This document shows, piece after piece, positions 59,597-64,000 of a stretch of 64,000 nt of DNA; positions within the stretch are counted from its first letter, which is position 1; every line of letters starts with the position of its first letter. The notes below the pieces were generated by a model. That model saw only the letters and a program-made list of their open reading frames with translations, was not told the origin of the DNA and did no database searches. A program made the position numbers and the translations under genes. This stretch comes from a virus: positions 1 to 64,000 of the IMG/VR virus record IMGVR_UViG_3300034073_004910. One strand, 5' to 3'.

Positions 59597-59965
59597 TTTC
59601 ACTTGCAAACCAGGCCCAGGCCTGGCATTGAAATTTCACTTGCAAATTCGCCCCAGGCCTGGCATTGAAATTTCACTTGCAAACCAAACCCAGGCCTGGC
59701 ATTGAAATTTCACTTGCAAATTCGCCCCAGGCCTGGCATTGAAATTTCACTTGCAAATTCGCCCCGGGCCTGGCATTGAAATTTCACTTGCATAGGTTTC
59801 TAACTTGCATAGATTTCTAACTTGCATAGATTTCTAACTTGCATGTGCAGGTTTCTTGCCTTTCCCCTCGATGGGCAGGTAGCTTGCAGGTGAGCCCGCC
59901 GATGGGCAGGTAGCTTGCAGGTGAGCCCGCCGATGGGCAGGTAGCTTGCAGGTGAGCCCGCCGAT
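59597..59965. repeat. Stacked tandem repeats: 5x37 bp (59597-59781), 3x17 bp, 3x31 bp
   Basis: TTTCACTTGCAAANNNNNCCCAGGCCTGGCATTGAAA; CTTGCATAGATTTCTAA; CGATGGGCAGGTAGCTTGCAGGTGAGCCCGC. Confidence 0.9.
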
Positions 59966-60208
59966 GCGCAAGAGACTTGCCTTTGCCCGCCCGATGGGCA
60001 GGCAAGTTGACGAATTCCATGAGATGCGCAGAAAACTTGCATTTTCGGCGCGGTTGGCACGTTTCTTGCACATGAGTCAAAGCTGGCATGAATTTTGCAT
60101 GTACTCCACAATTGGCATGATTCTTGCAGATTCGGCGCGGTCCGCAAGATGCTTGCACAATTCCGACAAATGCGAGTAATTCGCATTTGTCGGAATTATA
60201 AGCGATTA

Positions 60209-60553
60209 TTAAGTAGTCGCTTTATGTTCTTCTAGCATACGCGCGAACAATGCGCGCTTATTATTAATAATCGCTTCGGCTTTTATTAGAATATCGAGTT
60301 CTTCTGCCGTTAACTCAATCGGATCAAGTTTCGGCAATCCTTCTGTAGCGTTCTTTTTATTATTGCAGTCATGGCAAAGGCATTGTAACCATTCAGGATC
60401 ATTTAAATCGATACCCATTGCAAGCAACGTTTTGCGTGGATAAACATGATCAATTTCAAGATTAGAACCACTACCGCAAGCTGCGCAGCGATAGTTATAT
60501 GCTGCAAATACTTGCGCGCGCAGTCTCATTTCAACCTTGCTAAACTTTGCCAT
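60209..60553 (-). CDS. HNH endonuclease
   Basis: CAACG...LEIDHVYP..LQCLCHDCNNKK. Confidence 0.85.
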   Translation of the reverse strand: MAKFSKVEMRLRAQVFAAYNYRCAACGSGSNLEIDHVYPRKTLLAMGIDLNDPEWLQCLCHDCNNKKNATEGLPKLDPIELTAEELDILIKAEAIINNKRALFARMLEEHKATT

Positions 60554-60923
60554 CTCGTCTCTCCAGTACCGTTGCTCTATGGTTCCCATTATACAGGCAT
60601 CCTCGAGCATGGCAATAGGCGAGTTAGACCTTTTTTTCATATCGCTGAGCTTTCTTATGCGAAAAAAATCCTTGACACGCTCTGGCGTGGTAAGGTAAAA
60701 TCGGCGCGCCCATTGTGAAGTAGACTGACAATCATTCAGCGGCCTACATGAAAAAAATTCGCTTGACAAGTATAGGATAGGTGAGGTATAATTTTGGCGC
60801 CATATTGGCAAGTAGACTGACAATCATTCACCGGCCTACATAAAAAAATTCGCTTGACACGCTCTGGCGTGGTAGGGTATAATCGGCGCGCCCAAATGAG
60901 AGGTATTCTCATTTGGGTTACCG

Positions 60924-61112
60924 TTACTCCTCGCTTCGCCACACGACCGAGGAGGCATTTGAATTCAACAACCATTCCTCCACAAACACAAGTTCGCCAG
61001 TCTCATGTGCGAGTCGCTCGGCCTCTTGCACGGCAGCCTCGAGCGTGCTATAGATTGCTTCCAGCGAGTCAGCTTCATGATCGACTGCGGTCCCGACTAC
61101 GTATACTTGCAT
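60924..61112 (-). CDS. Small pre-early protein, paralog family 3/3
   Basis: MQVYVV..IYSTLEAA..AERL..VFVEEWLLNS. Confidence 0.55.
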   Translation of the reverse strand: MQVYVVGTAVDHEADSLEAIYSTLEAAVQEAERLAHETGELVFVEEWLLNSNASSVVWRSEE

Positions 61113-61200
61113 TTTCGCGTTCCTCTGTTTCCTGATTCAATGAGAGTATTCTACACGGTCTGCCGAGAGAGTACAAGACTTTTTTGTAACAGAATGTAAC

Positions 61201-61393
61201 GTGCGTCGACTTGTTACCGTGCGTCGACTTGTTACCGTGCGTCGACTTGTTACCAGCCCGGGGCGGTTCCGAGACTGTCAAGTAGCTTGACGCTCAGGCT
61301 ACCCCGCACGTACAACTTTTGGAATTTTTCAAAAATTGAAAATTAAAGCAATCTGCCCAAGCAATTTGCCCAAGTAATTTGCCCAAGCAATTT
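61201..61393. repeat. Short tandem repeats at the putative genome terminus (3x18 bp at 61201-61254; ~4x13 bp at 61346-61393)
   Basis: GTGCGTCGACTTGTTACC x3; AAGCAATTTGCCC-like x~4. Confidence 0.8.
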
Positions 61394-61465
61394 ACTCTTC
61401 AAAAATTTTTACCATCAAAAAAATAATGTTTGACATTTCGTTTCGTAGCAACTATAATAGTCGTC

Positions 61466-61912
61466 ATGAATTTGGTAAAAATTTCTCCTGAAAGTCTTGA
61501 AATTGCAAATGCATATTTGCAAAATGGCAGCATTGCTAGTGTTGCAAAGGCGCTCGCACTTCCAGAAAATGAGGTGACAGAAATTCTCTCTCGCCGAGAA
61601 GTAAAAGCGTATCTAGATTCCATTTATCTAGATCACGGCTATCGAAATAGATTCAAGTTAGCAGAGACTCTCGATCTTCTCATAGACGAAAAACTTCGTG
61701 AAGCAGAAAGTACCGAGATGTACACTAACAAGGACTTAGCCGATCTGTTACACCTAGCTCATAAGATGCGTATGGATGAAATTAAAGCAATGACCGAACT
61801 TGAGAAAGCTCGAGCAACGCCGATTAAAAATCAAACCAACGTTCAGATTAATGAGACTCCATTTGGTGCTGGCAACTACGGCAAGTTAATGGAAAAACTT
61901 TTGCAATCATGA
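61466..61912 (+). CDS. Terminase small subunit (T5-like)
   Basis: ISPE..IANAYLQ..EVK.YLD..GYRNR..AHKMRMDE..NQTNVQ..NY; preceded by TTGACA-17-TATAAT at 61430. Confidence 0.85.
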   Translation: MNLVKISPESLEIANAYLQNGSIASVAKALALPENEVTEILSRREVKAYLDSIYLDHGYRNRFKLAETLDLLIDEKLREAESTEMYTNKDLADLLHLAHKMRMDEIKAMTELEKARATPIKNQTNVQINETPFGAGNYGKLMEKLLQS

Positions 61913-62196
61913 AAGAATTTCTAGCAGAACTCGGCATGAACGCCGGTCTCATTGTCGCGGGTCTGTTTGGCTCGCTTTTAACTTTGCGGGGGGATGCCGC
62001 GAAGAGGCTTGGAAGTGTTATGGTAAGTTTAGGAACAGGAGTAGGGTCCGCAAACTATTTAACTCCAGTAGTTATTGATCTACTGGGCGTTCAAAGTCGA
62101 AATCTCGAGTTTGGAATAGCTTTTATACTAGGCTATTTGGGGCTAAATGGCATTGATTTTCTAGCTCGACGACTTTTTGAGAGCAAAAAACCATGA
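61909..62196 (+). CDS. Holin-like three-TM membrane protein
   Basis: AGLFGSLL..ANYLTP..IAFILGYLG; basic C-terminus. Confidence 0.55.
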   Translation: MKEFLAELGMNAGLIVAGLFGSLLTLRGDAAKRLGSVMVSLGTGVGSANYLTPVVIDLLGVQSRNLEFGIAFILGYLGLNGIDFLARRLFESKKP

Positions 62197-62432
62197 TCGA
62201 AAGCGCACTTTGTCTATCCATGATATTTTTTTACGTTTCATTGCTGAATGATAAAAAAATTTGCTCTTGGTCGAAGCCGAAAGTGTGGATATTGCGTTCA
62301 CTTTTTGCAGGCAGCATTGCTTCCGTAGCTTGGAGTGTATTTTACGAAACAGAATTACCCTATCTATTTCTTACTGCAATTTTTGGTTGGGGCTTTTATT
62401 ACCATCGGTATACGTTAAATGGAAATCAGTAG
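62193..62432 (+). CDS. Small membrane protein
   Basis: Three hydrophobic segments; coupled to flanking genes. Confidence 0.5.
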   Translation: MIESALCLSMIFFYVSLLNDKKICSWSKPKVWILRSLFAGSIASVAWSVFYETELPYLFLTAIFGWGFYYHRYTLNGNQ

Positions 62433-63702
62433 ATCAGATATACAGTGCGAGTACGTTGAAGAATGTAAAACTTTCATTAAACTTCCAATTGTACCGTATC
62501 TTGAACTTCTAAACATAAATCCCATTCCATCTCAAATTGCAATTATCAATGCGATACAGAAATATCGCTTTGTGGTCGCCGCAGTTTCTCGAAGACAGGG
62601 TAAAACTTTCATCGCAAATGTCATCGGACAACTGGTTACACTAGTACCCGGGTGTAATGTGCTCATCATGGCACCCAACTACAATCTTTCTCAAATTTCT
62701 TTTGATCTACAAAGATCGCTGATAGATCATTTCAGCATTGAAGTTGAGCGAGACAACGCGAAAGATCGTGTAATTGAGCTTGTAAATCGTTCTACCATTC
62801 GCATGGGCTCGGTAAATCAAGTCGATTCGGCAGTAGGACGCTCTTACGATCTCATTATTTTTGACGAAGCCGCTCTTGCAGACGGTGAAAATGCTTTTAA
62901 CGTTGCTTTGAGACCTACGCTGGACAAACCGAACGCACGCGCGATCTTTATTTCAACTCCTCGAGGTAAAAATAACTGGTTTAGCCGCTTCTGGGCTCGG
63001 GGTTTCTCGGATGAGTACCCTCAGTGGGCTTCGATTCGCGCAACTTGGAAAGACAATCCTCGAGAAAACAAGGAAAACATTGAAGAAGCGCGTAAAACCA
63101 TGTCAGCCGCAGAGTTTTCGCAGGAATATTTAGCAGACTTCAATGTTTTCGAAGGACAAGTGTGGAGATTTGATGGCGAACATTGTGTTGCCAATCTGGA
63201 TGAGCTTAACATTTCCGGTATGGACATTATTGCAGGGCTGGACTGGGGCTTTCGTGACCCTACAGCCATGTGCATAGTTGCGTATGACTGGGACAAAGAA
63301 ATTTATTATCTACTCGACGAGTACTTACATGCCGAGCGAACTACTGAACAGCACGCTTTTGAAATTCAAAAGCTTTTGGACCGTTGGAATCCAGACTTTA
63401 TTTTTATCGACTCTTCGGCTCAGCAAGTTCGATTTGATCTAGCACAAAATTACAACATTGCAACTACCAATGCGGAAAAAGATGTTTTAAGTGGTATTGG
63501 GCATGTGGCGGGTATTGTAGACAACAATCGTTTAATCGTATCTCGAGATTGTAAAAATACACTTGCTGCTCTAGACGCCTATCAATGGGACGACAATCCA
63601 AATTTGTTGAAGGAAAAGCCGAAGCATAACTATGCTAGTCACATGGCTGACGCGTTGCGATACGCTCTTTATAGTTTTAAAACTTCGTCCACGATATTTT
63701 AG
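62419..63702 (+). CDS. Terminase large subunit (T5-like)
   Basis: SRRQGKT, GRSYDLIIFDEAA, ISTPRG, GLDWGFRDP, SHMADALRY. Confidence 0.95.
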   Translation: MEISRSDIQCEYVEECKTFIKLPIVPYLELLNINPIPSQIAIINAIQKYRFVVAAVSRRQGKTFIANVIGQLVTLVPGCNVLIMAPNYNLSQISFDLQRSLIDHFSIEVERDNAKDRVIELVNRSTIRMGSVNQVDSAVGRSYDLIIFDEAALADGENAFNVALRPTLDKPNARAIFISTPRGKNNWFSRFWARGFSDEYPQWASIRATWKDNPRENKENIEEARKTMSAAEFSQEYLADFNVFEGQVWRFDGEHCVANLDELNISGMDIIAGLDWGFRDPTAMCIVAYDWDKEIYYLLDEYLHAERTTEQHAFEIQKLLDRWNPDFIFIDSSAQQVRFDLAQNYNIATTNAEKDVLSGIGHVAGIVDNNRLIVSRDCKNTLAALDAYQWDDNPNLLKEKPKHNYASHMADALRYALYSFKTSSTIF

Positions 63703-63765
63703 TACATAAAAAAATTTAGTAGTTGACACTTACGCCATCATTCTCTATAATGTGAAAATCGAAAT

Positions 63766-64000
63766 ATGACAAAACCAGTTCGAGATTTAGTAAAATATGT
63801 TCGAGACAAAGCAAAAGCAAGGTACAATCGAGGAAACAAGTGTTTCGTCTGTGAATCATCAGATAATTTAGACTTTCATCACTTCTACAGTCTAACTGAG
63901 TTGTTGAATGTGTGGTTGCGAAAAAATCGCATCACCGTAAAAACAGAAGAAGAAATTTTAAATGTTCGAGATTTATTCATAGAAACGCATACACGAGAAC
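63766..64000 (+). CDS. T5-like nicking HNH endonuclease (partial)
   Basis: RD.VKYVRDKAKARY..CFVC..LDFHHFYSL; follows TerL; promoter at 63723. Confidence 0.75.
   Translation, partial: MTKPVRDLVKYVRDKAKARYNRGNKCFVCESSDNLDFHHFYSLTELLNVWLRKNRITVKTEEEILNVRDLFIETHTRE

Larger units (their letters stand above)
54019..60883 (+). promoter_or_regulatory. Nine ORF-less sigma70-like promoters with an 18-bp spacer (-35 at 54019, 55074, 56886, 58016, 58900, 59508, 60672, 60763, 60854)
   Basis: A-tract + TTGACA-N18-TA(T/A)AAT + GC-rich GGCGC discriminator; spacers counted directly. Confidence 0.75.
54540..60914. promoter_or_regulatory. Seven Fur-box-like palindromes (54540, 55150, 56960, 58093, 58974, 60168, 60894; truncated copy at 59584)
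   Basis: AAATG(C/A)GA...TC(G/T)CATTT; GCGAATGAGAATCATTCGC matches GATAATGATAATCATTATC at 14/19 positions. Confidence 0.6.

Noticed and set aside
59597-59792. CRISPR array
   Set aside because: The 37-bp units abut directly with only a ~5-bp variable patch; there are no unique spacers and no cas genes in the window.
59800-60186. ORFs over the tandem repeats
   Set aside because: Open in several frames only because of repeat periodicity.
1-64000. Alternative genetic code or prophage context
   Set aside because: Core genes translate full length in code 11 with all three stop codons used; no host-like flanks, integrase or repressor seen.

Overview
This window is a 64-kb fragment of a lytic T5-like (Demerecviridae-related) tailed phage, shown in reverse of the T5 map orientation. 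The minus strand from ~53.7 kb down to 1 is the early/replication region. It holds the T5 syntenic core: D2, D3, split NAD ligase A/B, D5, D6 helicase, primase, family-A polymerase, D10, D11, D12/D13, D14, D15 and nrdA/nrdB. It also carries a large accessory load: a nucleotide-sugar/glycosyltransferase/methyltransferase island, PhoH, ThyX, MazG, SpeD, Hsp20 and three peptidoglycan hydrolases. RNA genes are five tRNAs, one of which (tRNA-Leu UAA) is split by a group I intron encoding an HNH endonuclease, a circularly permuted two-piece tmRNA, and two candidate structured ncRNAs. A short plus-strand block encodes ribosomal protein bS21, an LpxH-like phosphoesterase and a GT4 glycosyltransferase. 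The region ~53.7-61.3 kb looks like the pre-early/terminal-repeat (first-step-transfer) region. It carries duplicated A2-like genes, no recognisable A1, and a repeated non-coding module: an ORF-less sigma70 promoter with an invariant 18-bp spacer, a TTGACA-containing hairpin and a Fur-box-like palindrome. The late packaging module (TerS, TerL, nicking HNH) starts at ~61.4 kb. Calls come from motif recognition and synteny only; no database searches were run.
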